From Antedon mediterranea (lineage: Eukaryota > Animalia > Echinodermata), in NCBI RefSeq assembly GCF_964355755.1, contig NC_092674.1, forward strand, positions 4,526,001 through 4,590,000: a stretch of 64,000 nt of DNA. The letters are read 5' to 3'. Numbering within the stretch: the stretch's first letter is position 1; every line of letters starts with the position of its first letter. The notes under the pieces were generated by a model. That model saw only the letters and a program-made list of their open reading frames with translations, was not told where the DNA came from and searched no databases. Of this stretch, positions 11,601-22,299 are shown in pieces. The position numbers and the translations under genes were made by a program.

Positions 11601-11917
11601 GGCTTATCTGGTTTTGCTGGTGCTTCAGTAACTTTAGCTGAACCAGAAACTCCAAATCTAAAGGTAGATAATTATTACCAACACATTAAAATCAATATAA
11701 ATTGTAGATAATTGTTTACACATTTTCTATATATACTGACATTGCATTTTATAGACAGAGCAATTTGCTTTACGAAAACTTAAATAAATGTTTAAAAAAA
11801 AAACTATATGAGACCAACTATAAACGCATCGATAATTATTTTAAAAAGGTGTGTTTATACTTACTGAGCCAACGAAATTTGGAAAGAAACTGCAAATATG
11901 AATAACTTAAACCACAT
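1..11917 (-). CDS. Gene 1 (whole, 3' end outside the window): secreted EGFL6/nephronectin-like EGF-repeat protein with RGD, CILP/FAM171-like region and Sushi domain. Exons: 11865-11917, 11275-11657, 10617-10709, 10182-10304, 9566-9682, 8768-8914, 8398-8523, 5804-5947, 5322-5570, 4239-4412, 3773-3898, 2854-3033, 2230-2416, 407-660, <1-209
   Basis: All 14 introns are GT-AG with compatible phases, giving one open frame of 2565 nt (855 codons). The N-terminal EGF array ([34 protein letters not shown]) closely follows the EGFL6/NPNT pattern. Confidence 0.88.
407..660 (-). CDS. Gene 1 exon 14
   Basis: tttacag / gtaagc boundaries, phase 2 to 1. Reads [28 protein letters not shown]...CQDIKFVLQ. Confidence 0.85.
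723..2086 (-). mobile_element. 5'-truncated non-LTR retrotransposon (CR1/L2/Crack group): RT C-terminal half plus 3' UTR
   Basis: Uninterrupted frame about 2086 to 1043 with [33 protein letters not shown] and GPLLWNSL. The 3' end is AATAAA followed by (TGAA)n. Confidence 0.92.
2230..2416 (-). CDS. Gene 1 exon 13
   Basis: tttttag / gtaggc boundaries. Reads [53 protein letters not shown]. Confidence 0.87.
2483..2750 (-). mobile_element. MITE family A2 copy with an internal (GATA)n tract at about 2572-2629
   Basis: Reverse-complement match to 34740-34942 and 41871-42101. TIR of the AGCGTGGTTCCCACTAG type. Confidence 0.75.
2854..3033 (-). CDS. Gene 1 exon 12
   Basis: 180 nt, phase 1-1. Reads [17 protein letters not shown]...[10 protein letters not shown]. 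Confidence 0.87.
3228..3490. repeat. Tandem repeat, unit about 55-60 bp, 4-5 diverged copies
   Basis: Recurring aactctaatcaaccgcatagtaagttaagtaaattt...aacttctctca. Confidence 0.85.
3603..3744. mobile_element. MITE family A1 (palindromic, internally deleted copy)
   Basis: TIR AGCTTGGTTCCCACTAG...CTAGTGGGAACCACGCT. The body matches 33177-33355. Confidence 0.8.
3773..3898 (-). CDS. Gene 1 exon 11
   Basis: 126 nt, phase 1-1. Reads [42 protein letters not shown]. Confidence 0.85.
4239..4412 (-). CDS. Gene 1 exon 10, contains RGD (4288-4296)
   Basis: 174 nt, phase 1-1. Reads [19 protein letters not shown]...[23 protein letters not shown]. Confidence 0.85.
5322..5570 (-). CDS. Gene 1 exon 9: carboxypeptidase-regulatory-like beta-sandwich
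   Basis: 249 nt, phase 1-1. Pattern V-x-[10 protein letters not shown]...[11 protein letters not shown]....V-AVSKKGY. Confidence 0.85.
5804..5947 (-). CDS. Gene 1 exon 8: EGF-like domain
   Basis: 144 nt, phase 1-1. Reads [14 protein letters not shown]...[15 protein letters not shown]. Confidence 0.9.
6033..6128. repeat. 21-bp minisatellite (acattaacgtcatcattaacc), left remnant
   Basis: Same unit as 7900-8170, on the other side of the LINE. Confidence 0.9.
6130..7899 (+). mobile_element. 5'-truncated CR1/L2/Crack-group LINE with a nearly complete RT domain and one frameshift near 6850
   Basis: [51 protein letters not shown] in ORF 6430-6948, continuing in 6945-7640. A 3' UTR stem-loop near 7787-7833, then AATAAA and an (AATCTG)n tail. 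Confidence 0.93.
7900..8170. repeat. 21-bp minisatellite, about 11 near-identical copies then degenerate
   Basis: Direct tandem units. They explain the spurious ORFs 7844-8143, 7861-8406 and 7866-8189. Confidence 0.95.
8398..8523 (-). CDS. Gene 1 exon 7: calcium-binding EGF domain
   Basis: 126 nt, phase 1-1. Reads [39 protein letters not shown]. Confidence 0.92.
8768..8914 (-). CDS. Gene 1 exon 6: calcium-binding EGF domain
   Basis: 147 nt, phase 1-1. Reads [32 protein letters not shown]...C. Confidence 0.92.
9215..9505 (-). mobile_element. tRNA-derived SINE with Deu/Nin-like core (subfamily 2)
   Basis: Minus strand shows an A-box-like gagcggttaagac, B-box GGTTCGAGGC and core TCTTCTCGGATAAGGACTATAAACCGTAGG..AAAGAACC..GAGTAGGG. 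Related to 60100-60368. Confidence 0.78.
9566..9682 (-). CDS. Gene 1 exon 5: EGF domain
   Basis: 117 nt, phase 1-1. Reads [35 protein letters not shown]. Confidence 0.92.
9728..10106. mobile_element. MITE family B copy interrupted by a poly(A)-tailed insert (about 9803-10020)
   Basis: The flanks match 59466-59605. The insert ends in AATAAA plus an A-run. Confidence 0.7.
10182..10304 (-). CDS. Gene 1 exon 4: calcium-binding EGF domain
   Basis: 123 nt, phase 1-1. Reads [31 protein letters not shown]...C. Confidence 0.92.
10617..10709 (-). CDS. Gene 1 exon 3: EGF domain
   Basis: 93 nt, phase 1-1. Reads [31 protein letters not shown]. Confidence 0.92.
11275..11657 (-). CDS. Gene 1 exon 2: Pro/Thr/Gly-rich repeats plus CCYGW cysteine module
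   Basis: 383 nt, phase 2 to 1. Reads [13 protein letters not shown]...PSGGFG..SHDE (twice)...[22 protein letters not shown]. Confidence 0.88.
11865..11917 (-). CDS. Gene 1 exon 1: signal peptide
   Basis: aagATG, then [17 protein letters not shown]|Q, donor gtaagt. Phase 2 matches exon 2. Confidence 0.85.
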
Positions 11918-13878
11918 CTTGACGAGGAAAGTGTAAAGATTCCTAAAATACGTCTTTCGGTTTTCTACCCAGCTGCGGATGTGTCGGACAACCCGATAGT
12001 TTTACCATGTATTTATCACTTACATGGCCACAGGAAACTCCTTAACCAATCAGACAGCAGATAATTACAATTGGTTTACCAAATGTTCGTGAAGTGATAA
12101 GATTACTTTGTTTTACCTGAGCGTCTTTAAAGTTTCTTAAACGGACTGATTTTTTAAAACTTTTATCAAACATTTGTATTGAAACTAAATGTGTATGTTC
12201 TCTATTTGAACTACCTTTACATAGTCCATGGATACTTTTATTAACATAAGGACTGGTGCATTTTTCTAAGTAAATCAAGGGAAGCCTGATACAGACATAA
12301 CATGCATGCCGCGTCATCCTGATTGGACATTAAGCCGTAGTACAGTAGTTCATGTGTTCATTGTTAATTTATCTATTATACATAATTCGAATTCGAATGT
12401 TTTCAATATATGAAAAAAACCACGAAAATCATGATATTTATTATTAATGATTTACTTGTAAAGTTTTACTATTATCATTGAACTTACGATTCCCATTAAA
12501 GACCCACGTATGACCTTTGTTATTATTCCAGCAGCTGTCGCTTCTTTTAAAGTTGCAACGACAAGATAACAGACAAAGTTTTTTTGTATATTTTTAATAG
12601 AATTGTATAGTTAACGTAGGGCGAACAAAGACGTTTTAAACGACAGTAAACTTTAACGATTAACGTCTTGTCCTTATATCTCCGTGGCTCTATTGTTTAA
12701 ACTACAGCTGCTGCTAATTATTATGCCTATCAGCCTATTACAATACTTAGATATATTGCAATATACATGTTAATAAGTATGTTTAATGCGCTAATTATTG
12801 TAATATTTATGTAACTAGGAATCATATTCGATGTACTGAATCAATGATATCTTTACTTTGATTTATATTGATTGTTTCCGTTATATATAACTTATATAAT
12901 TCGTAATTTTGTATATATTTTCTTAATTTGTTGAATTGTTCAACTTAAATTTTTGTTTTATAAAATTGCAATAAAGTTTTTATCTATCTATTGATCATAC
13001 ATGGCGTACATGTTTCATACATTTTATTTACATACTATTCTGTAGCGTGTTTCATACAAAGTTCAGATAGTTTAATAGTTTCGAGGCTATCCGGAGATAG
13101 TCCTTGTCTTTGTACCCATATTAAAACTAGGTACTTATTTCCCCCTGAGTGCTATATTAAAAAGGTACGTGAGTATTTAGGATTAGGCTAACATATACAT
13201 AGTTTAAAATCGGAATCAGGCATCATTATACAGTAGTCGATTGGTTACACCTATTGGCAAAGTTCAGCTTATAGTTTAATTGTTAAATTGCGAGACTGTT
13301 TTTCCACAGATAATCCACTGTTTTATTTGTAACCATAAAACTAGATTCTTATCCCTGGAGTGATAAAAGTGTACAAACATTACAAATACCTATTTTAAAA
13401 CCAGTATCTTGGTATATTATACAGTAGCCGATTGAATATCGTGGACCTTGAACCAATGGGATAATTGGAGAATATACTTTGTTGCAACTACTTCACGATT
13501 TTATGGTTTCCATTTGTTAATAAATCTACGCTATTTCCTTTTAGGAATTTCCGCGTTTTATCGACAACTTCCTGCTTTCTGCAGGATTGAGACGGTTGTG
13601 CACATTGTGAAAATGTCTTTTTAGATAAAATTCCAAAAAATTGCAAAATTTCTTCCAGGGAAGAGTGAGATTACCACGCGTCACTGATTTTCAAAGATTT
13701 TTCACCCGAGTCTAGAGATAAGAAACATTATTCCTAACTAATTCAAGATTTCTCCAACTACACAAGGCCTACATTTCCTCTTTTTCAAATACGTTTCTTC
13801 CACTATAAACAATAGGCATACATCGGCTTTCTTCAAAAAAGTAATGTCGCATATATTTCTGGAAATTAAATGGATTAA

Positions 13879-14204
13879 ATATGTATTGTCCCTAAGAAAA
13901 AATTACATTTTGTGTTGAATATCTCATTTTATTGTTATAGGCCTATAATAGTTATCCACTTTGACCAAAAAATGGATCGATAAAAAAGTTATTTAGGCCT
14001 ACCTGAAAAAAAAACAACTGTAATTTAAAGCAAAAAATAGTCAAATTGACTGCTAGCCCATGTGTTTTTGGTAATTTTAAAGTTAAAACATTATTTTTAG
14101 TTCCTGAATTTTTCTACGAAAGTGATTAACTTGATTAAAACCTATTCAAGGGTTGATTTTGTTAATTTTCATTTTGTTCATGTTTTTGTGGGGACAACAC
14201 ATCT
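13879..14204. mobile_element. TTAA-flanked MITE (family K, Kolobok-like)
   Basis: TTAA|ATATGTATTGTCCC...GGGACAACACATCT|TTAA. Opposite-orientation relatives at 32055-32495, 56147-56507 and a partial copy ending near 5010. Confidence 0.65.
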
Positions 14205-15708
14205 TTAATCGCAACCATAATTTTGCTAAATCTGTACAAAACCTTATGAAGATGAAAACACTTCGCCTATACTGTACATAAATATTGTGGTTAGTATAAA
14301 CTTATTTATGATTCATTATGGCGTCTTAATACATTGTTTACAACAAGTAACAGGAATCTGGTCTATAACCATAACCACATACTGGGTAGTTGAACCTGAA
14401 TGTTAATAAAAAAATCACCACAAACATGATTTTCTAAACGACCTTGTTTACCAGCTAAATGTAATAATTTTATTGTTTGTGCTATTCAATTTATACATTA
14501 TTTAAATTTCACTAGGTTCATTTTGCTTTTTTGTGTTTACAAAAAGTAGGCCTAATGGTTGAGAATGTCTCAATTCGATTTCATTAAAAAAATTACAGAT
14601 AAAACACAATGAATATATAGGCATATCAAGAAATTGTAATTTCACAATTCCTTAGAATAGGCCTATAATATATACAAGAAACTAAAGATCGAAACATCAA
14701 CAACATACAAAAACAGCGATACCACGGATAATCCATAAAAGTCCTAAAAGAGTTCTTGAATCAAAAACAACAACAAAACAAAAAACCTGTATAAATTCTA
14801 AAGCAAGAGCTCGCTCTTGAAGGATTTTTGTTTTAAATTGCCTTTCGATGTGTCGGTTGTTCCATTATGGTGCAACCGTCTACTTGAGAATACTAGGCAA
14901 GTGAAGATGAGTCGAATAGTGTTTAGTCGCTATGTAAATTACGTCATTTCATATGCTATGCGAAAGAGATTGGTTTTCAGCAACTGTTTAAAGATGTCAA
15001 TTGTATCCTTCCTCACAACGTATAGTCTTTACATAGTCCGTAAGTAATTCACGCGTAACGCGTAAAGCGTTTGTATAGAACATCCCTCGGATTCTGTCAC
15101 TCTGGAATGTGTTATTCCCATCTCTTCTGTCTACTTCTTTATTTCCTTGAATAGCTACAGTACTATCAATTGAAATTCACATAGGGGAATTTTGAGAAAC
15201 ACTGATTGTAAGTTTTTTAAATCGCATAAACACCATTTAATATTATTAATGATCAAATGGCCCCATTATCGTATTTAGATATTTTAATTCGTAGAATATA
15301 ATATATGTATTATAACGTATGCTGTCTTGATTATTTCCGTTGAGGATACAAAGGAGACACATTGAACCTTGTTAGTGTTTCCCTTGTAAGACTTGCGGAA
15401 TGTACTGTACTGGTAATGGTGTTATATTTTTTCTGGGTATATTATGTTTATTCACCGCCACTAGACGGGACATTAAGCTATTAATCAGATATAAAGTGTC
15501 GCAGTAAACATTAACGATTTACTTTATGTTATAAATGAAATTCATTGAGTAAATCGGTGTTAAGAACAGGAACGGCGGGTAAATGACATAATTTAGGAGT
15601 AAACTCGATCTTCGATAATTTTTCTTTAAAAAAAAAGGGTATATTTATATATTATTGATATTCTAATTAACATTTATGTACATTTTGTCCTTGTGTGATC
15701 CGGTCAGA

Positions 15709-15815
15709 AACAAGGCCATATACATGGCTGCAGTCGCGTGCTCTAGTGTTTACCGACCAACCAACCGACTGGCCGACATAGTGAGTTGTAGAGTCGCGTT
15801 GCACGCGACTAAAAA
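15709..15815 (+). mobile_element. Short interspersed repeat resembling Helentron-associated (HINE/DINE-like) elements
   Basis: ACAAGGCCATATAC..AGTCGCGTGC, a (CCGA/CCAA)n tract, and a terminal hairpin AGTCGCGTTGCACGCGACT plus A-run. Copies at about 46960-47020 (minus) and 56250-56345. Confidence 0.55.
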
Positions 15816-17659
15816 TATTAAAATTAAGTGTTGCCGAAATATAATTTAAAAAAAACATTACTGTTACTGTTCAATCAAGGTATTGGACTACAAGTAAACC
15901 AGAGCATTTTATAATAATAATTTGTTACTACCGGTCGATTACGTAATAGTCGGCCTAGTAAAATGTGTGATGGTAAGACAAAGAATGATATTGATGGGAT
16001 GATAACAATTTTAGGATCGAGGACAATTTATATATAGATGCCCTTGCAATAACTCCTATTACAGGCAATATTATCCTTTAATCGCGACCAGTTATGCAAA
16101 TCGTTATCTCCATACTTGTATTGTCTACCCTTCTCTCAAGGATTTAGCATTGGTAAAAAGGAAGTTACTGTTTTGTGAACCGGTAACTTTTCCAATAAAA
16201 TCACAACTATTATTCAGTCTAGGCTGGGTTAACGTGTGAAAGCGACGATTAAATGTGGGAAGCAAAATCATCGAAGACCGCCTAAATGGTAATCAATAGG
16301 CTTCAATGATGTAGCCGGTATTATTTTCACACAATATTCCTATAGGCCTATTCACCCGATTCTACCGTAAACTAATTTTAAGGTTAAGGTTATAGGTATT
16401 AGGCTTGTGGCATATGATACGTGTCACAGGTGATATATATGTGACACTGTTTTAAAAATATCGCCTATACTGCATAAATGCAGATACATACAGCTACCTA
16501 TTTTTGGAAAAATAGATCCAATGCAACATATTGTCTGCTCAAAACCGAGAAAAAAAAAATAGATTTACAGTAACAGGCGTAACAAATATAATAGTGTATT
16601 GATTTATCTATATATAAATTTACGTAAGGGCAAAATTCGATAAATCTCTTGGTTCATACTTTCGGTACTGATTTTAACCATGTGATGTAACCCTGTTTAC
16701 TAATTAAATTTAGTTAGATTGACGATTAAAACGAATTTAGGTTCAACGATTTGCCCCAAATAGGGGTGTTTTCCAATCGTGGTATACACTGTCTAATAAA
16801 TGTCCATGGAAAAATACCCGCACACAATAATAGGAGGATGCTTCGCATTTTCCTATCTCCTCCTACGATAATTATTTTTAATAGCTGAAAACCGATTGAA
16901 CAGCTCGAGTACAGCATCATAATGTTGAAGACAGGTCGATTTTCTTTAAAAAATACTATTTTGATAGATTTAATATACATTTATACAACTGTTTTGATCT
17001 GCGATAAATGGAACATTCCAATCTCTCAATTTATGAGCCCTTGGTTTAACACAAGTAGGTAAATTTATGGGCCCTTGGAGAATAAAACTTATTATAGTAT
17101 TGCAATACTTTGACAATATTGTAAATTTTTGGTCGCCATTTGATTCTTTTGAATCGAAATTGTCTTACTGTGAATGTGGTTACTGTTATATATATAAACA
17201 AAATATACAAAAAACATTTATTACTGTGACTGTGGGTAGATTACTGACAGTTGCTTCTCAACGTTTGTATTAATTAATAATTATAAAAAATGTAAACGTC
17301 GTAGTGGTGTATCGTTATGTACTTTACTATTTCAATCGACTATAACAGGGACAGTTTTAAAAAAGTATTATAAATCATAAATGTTTTACTGTGTTTAGTG
17401 GTATATTATTGATAGGCCTATAAAACATTTTAAACAATATTTCGTTACTGAATGGATAGAGAATATATTTAAAAGTTTTTCTTCCCATCTTCTTTCCCCA
17501 TCCCTCAACTCTAATTTTATGTACAAAACACAAATTGGGTTTGTGTAAATGAGTTCAAATAACAAAATTGGACTCATTTTTAAGACAAGGTCTAATTCCC
17601 AGGGTGCTAATTTTACATAAATCATCGTGTCTATTTATTCGTTTCTGTAAACGACAATG

Positions 17660-18632
17660 TACTATTAGTACAGGGAAATTTTCGAAAAAAGGACGATTTT
17701 CGACCATTTTATTTTTTGACATAAATGGTTACTATTGCATAATAAACATGCGCAGAGACAAATAATTGGTTCTGCGCATGTCAATTGTGCTATAGTAACT
17801 TTTTATCGAAAAAAAAAAAGGTCGAAAATTAGCCATTTTTTGAACAAATACCTGTACAGGGAAATTTTCGAAAAATGGCCGATTTTCGACCCTTTTATTT
17901 TTTTGACATAAATGGTTACTATTGAATAATAAACACGCGCAGAGACGAATAATGGGTTCTGCGCATGTCAATTGTGCTATCATAACGATATTTGGCATAA
18001 ATATAGCACAATTGACATGCGCAGAATCCATTATTTGACTCTGCGCATGTCAATTGTGCTATAGTAACCAGTTTTTACATAAATGGTTACTATAGCATAA
18101 TAAACATGCGCAGAGTTGACAAATGGGTTCTGTGCATGTTAATTGTGCTATAGTAACCAGTTTTATCGAAAAATAAAAAGGTCGAAAATTTGCCATTTTT
18201 TGAAAAAATCCCTGTAGGGGATAGTAAAGGGAAATTTTCGAAAAATGGCCGATTTTCGACCCTTTTATTTTTTTGACATAAATGGTTACTATAGCATAAT
18301 AAACATGCGCAGAGTTGAATAAGGGTTCTGTGCATGTCAATTGTGCTATAGTAACCAGTTTTATCGAAAATTAAAAAGGTCGAAAATTGGCCATTTTTTT
18401 GGAAAAAATCCCTGTAAGTACAGGGAAATTTTCGAAAAATGAGTGGCCGATTTTCGACCCTTTTATTTTTTGACATAAAAGGTTACTATTGCATAATAAA
18501 CAACGAAAAAAAAATCCATGTACTATAGTCCTGCGGTACGTACATTTTTTACGCTGAAATTACTGTGTATTCGAGAACCATCTGTGGATACGATCTAGAT
18601 GGTACGCAAGCGAAGCGAGCGTACCATCTAGT
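17660..18632 (+). mobile_element. Complex tandem array (unit about 185-200 bp, 4-5 copies) ending in a Helitron-like 3' hairpin and CTAG|T; probable non-autonomous Helitron
   Basis: Repeated cagggaaattttcgaaaaatggccgattttcgaccc..catgcgcagag..ctgcgcatg units, followed by hairpin 18595-18631 ending CTAG then T. Confidence 0.6.
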
Positions 18633-21600
18633 TAACAAAATGAAAGATAGGCTACTCTGTAATGAAAACAATCGTGTGAAAAGCATCTTAATAAATGAAA
18701 TATACTATTTAATGAAAACAATCGTGTGAACACATCTTCCCTCATACACAATATAGATATACAATAACCAAAATGCATAGAAGAAATATAGAAGGACGAC
18801 CCAATAGCGAGCATTATGCGTGTGGTTATACGTGGCATAGCGAGACAAGCTATCAATGTCGTAAATATATTGTTTTAATCTAATTAATAACATGAGTTGT
18901 GATTTGGGAACTTTTCGAAACACGTTATAAATAGAACCTTTCCAAATTGCGCGCGTATTGCATGAGTCTCAAACAACTTCGTAAAGTGTAAACGCAATTG
19001 CGCATGCGTAAAAACGATATTACCGTACAAGGTTAAAATTCACGTTTATTTCGTGAACAAAAAGTTCATTACAAAGATTCTATAGCCTAATTAAATATTC
19101 TACTAAAACAGTAGTAAAACCACTGCAGCTGTCATTAGATTCTCCCTAACTGACTATTGCAAGTCATTGATATATACATGTAAGCCTAAGTGTATTAAAT
19201 AAGTTTAACTTGCGATAGACAGTTAAGATAATGACAGCTGTAGAATCTGGATTTTAGTAACATATACAGTGTTATCGTTCAATGTGGTACCTAGGCCTGC
19301 AAACTCAATCTTAAACTAGTTTTAAAAGAATTCTATTCTCTGTGTGTACCAGCCGTCGCCTTCATAATTGTTTATCTGAAGGTTTCTTTCGCGTCATTGA
19401 ATATAAATATTTACATATTTGATAAAAATATAAATTAATTCAAACACATTAAAAACCTACCAAAAATGGTTTCCCCTAAAATATATATTATTTAATAGCG
19501 TAATTATCGTTTTTAGATATTATTTTTCCTATATTTTCTATAAAAAGAACATTTCTTAACACGTTTATCATCCTCTTTCAAAATTGTTCAATTCGCATTA
19601 AAAAAAATCCTAAGTTGCTATTTATAGATTTAAAGAATGTTCTTGTAATCAATGTTTACCTATAAAAAACATTTTGAACAAGAGTATTCTCGCATTCGTA
19701 TTCTTACTACCAGTGTGCAGTTACTATTCTAAGATCCAGTCTTTGTCGATATTATAAGATCGTTAGCAGTATTACATTTTGGAGATGCTTTTAAAACCGA
19801 CACTCTCTGTACCGGTGGGACAATAGTAATAGGCCAAATACTACCCTGGGTTACGTCCTAGCGAGAACCAAGCTAAGGGAAAAGACATTGCCGTGCCTAT
19901 ACATTGATATTTTTAAAAGATAATCATAGTTGTGTATTCTTTTTATGATTAAGGCCTATTTATGGAATGATTGCCATTCAAACTTTTCTGTTTGTTTTTA
20001 AACCACCACCTGATCTGTTCAACACATGTTTTACCAACACAAACATCTTTGCATTGTTCGCCTTTTTACAATTAAGTTACCTTGCTATTTATTTATACAC
20101 TATACAATATTACATTTTAAATACAAGTAAAAAGTACCTTCAGGAGGCACTGTAGTAGGCGCTGTTTGGCGATAACATTTTAGTTATTGTATTTTCTAAA
20201 AATGTAATTCTGTCAACGTCATAGAGACCATCCACTAGTTCTTTATGTAAGTTTAATATATAGTGTGTACCAAGTCTAGGTTCTAGATATTTTGGCACAC
20301 TTGGCGTGCCATACGTATACTTGAACTGAATTACAGACAAAATCCAGGCTGGTGGCGCTCTTAAATGAATACTTTCTGAATACTTCTGAGTACTACTTAC
20401 TGAATGAATACCTAACAACGTAGGCTTTGAGAGAGAAACTAAGCGTATAGCGCCAACATTATTAACAAAGTTGTCTTAAAATGTATCTATTTCAATATTG
20501 CCGATTGCACATTGATACAAACTGCTGGTATTATCACACAATTAACTTTACAATAAAACTAAAGCATTATATTCCTGAGAAGTTAAATTTACATAAGTGG
20601 AGTGTAAGTATAATTACACCATGTGACTTTAAGAGCGCAGACTATATAAACAGTGCAGACTACACGAAATAATCGCGGCAGAATTGTTACCTGTTTCTGG
20701 TACTTAACCATTATAGTGTATCATCTACACACTATCGTATCAATGTACCTGGTATGAAAAAAGAATATCAATATGAGATATTGCTTACTGAGTTTATCCA
20801 TGGAGGAAAAAATTATTATTTTTTCCTCCATGGTTTATCATAATAATTTCTAAAATATGTATATTTATGAGTGCACAGGAAGTGTTAATATACATGTTTT
20901 AAATGCGAATAAATATTTCATATAATATACAATATGAACAAATATTATACAATGTTAAAGTATTAGTATAAAAATAATTACTGTAATATGGTATATAAAA
21001 TTTTAAAAGACAAATATGGAACTATTACTGAAATTATTAACTGAAAATATGTATTACCATACTCGCTCGAGTAAGTAGCGCGCCCCCTACCGAGTCCCAC
21101 CGTGGCTATATTTTCAAAGTTCTAAACTTAACCGAACGAGTACGACACTGCACATTGTTTGTGACACTGGTCATGTCATGTTATTTTATATATTGTAATT
21201 ATGATGTATTTGAAGACGAGCAATGTAAATTTTCTCCTTGTGGGAACGAATAAAGATTATACTTGATACTTGATACTTGGTGTTAATATAATAAAGTTAT
21301 GGTATTACCATAAACCGTAATATTACCGTAATTCATTATGATATAATTACATTACGTAAGGTAATCTTCATAAACTAAAATTGATTACGTATCTAATGTA
21401 CATATGTGTACTATGTACCAGCTATGTCAATTGTCTACTTAACACGTATTGCCATCTACGCACTCGATTTTCGGTAATCTAAATTTCTTCATGTATCTTA
21501 GGAATATTGGTACGGTAATACAGCATCATGTGTTTCACGTGTATATCTCCTAGAGTATAGTATACCATAATGTAACCCTTAACCTTAAATGTTACAGGCG

Positions 21601-21696
21601 CCACATGTGATACAAATGAGATGCTGTATTACCCAAATATTCCTGATACCGGACAAATATTGTAGTGTGTGGATATACAGCACTGAGAATCAGGAA

Positions 21697-21965
21697 TCTA
21701 CGTAACACGTACAGTATTGTCATCTACGTAACATACGATTGCCATCTACGTAACACGTATTACCACCTACGTAACACGTATTGCCATCTACGTAACACGT
21801 ATTGCCATCTACGTAACACGTATTGCCATCTACGTAACACATATTGCCATCTACGTAACACGTATTGCCACCTACGTAACACGTATTGCCACCGACGTAA
21901 CACGTATTGCCACCTACGTAATACGTATTGCCATCTACGTAACACGTATTGCCATCTGCGCAATA
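21697..21965. repeat. 21-bp minisatellite (ctacgtaacacgtattgccat), about 12 copies
   Basis: Direct tandem units. An isolated unit also occurs near 21440-21460. Confidence 0.95.
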
Positions 21966-22181
21966 CGTTATACAAACCATACATAGTTGGTATACGATGG
22001 ATTATAACAGAAGCAACAATTAGTTTAAAGCAAATTAGTAATTAGTGATTGGTTCAGACAATGTAATAATGCAACGCAACTAATAAAGATAAACAAACAA
22101 TTAAATAATGGTAATAATAATACGTATTAAAGTGGGATACAATGATGTTAAGATATTATAATTATTAGGTAACAATCATAA

Positions 22182-22299
22182 AGCTTTGTTTCCACTAGGA
22201 CGCAACGCAAGGACGTAACGCAACAACAACAGTCGCGTGTGATTGGTCAACTCGCTTACGTTGCGTCTATGTCCTTGCGTTGCTAGTGGGAACCATGCT
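22182..22299. mobile_element. MITE family A1, short copy
   Basis: Degenerate TIRs of the same type. Confidence 0.7.

Noticed and set aside
13110-13440. Diverged duplication of about 215 bp upstream of gene 1 as a regulatory module
   Set aside because: The similarity is real but patchy, and nothing in the sequence supports a function.
21665-22045. Cys/His-rich ORFs (HLRNTYC)n
   Set aside because: Minisatellite read-through with no splice or gene context.
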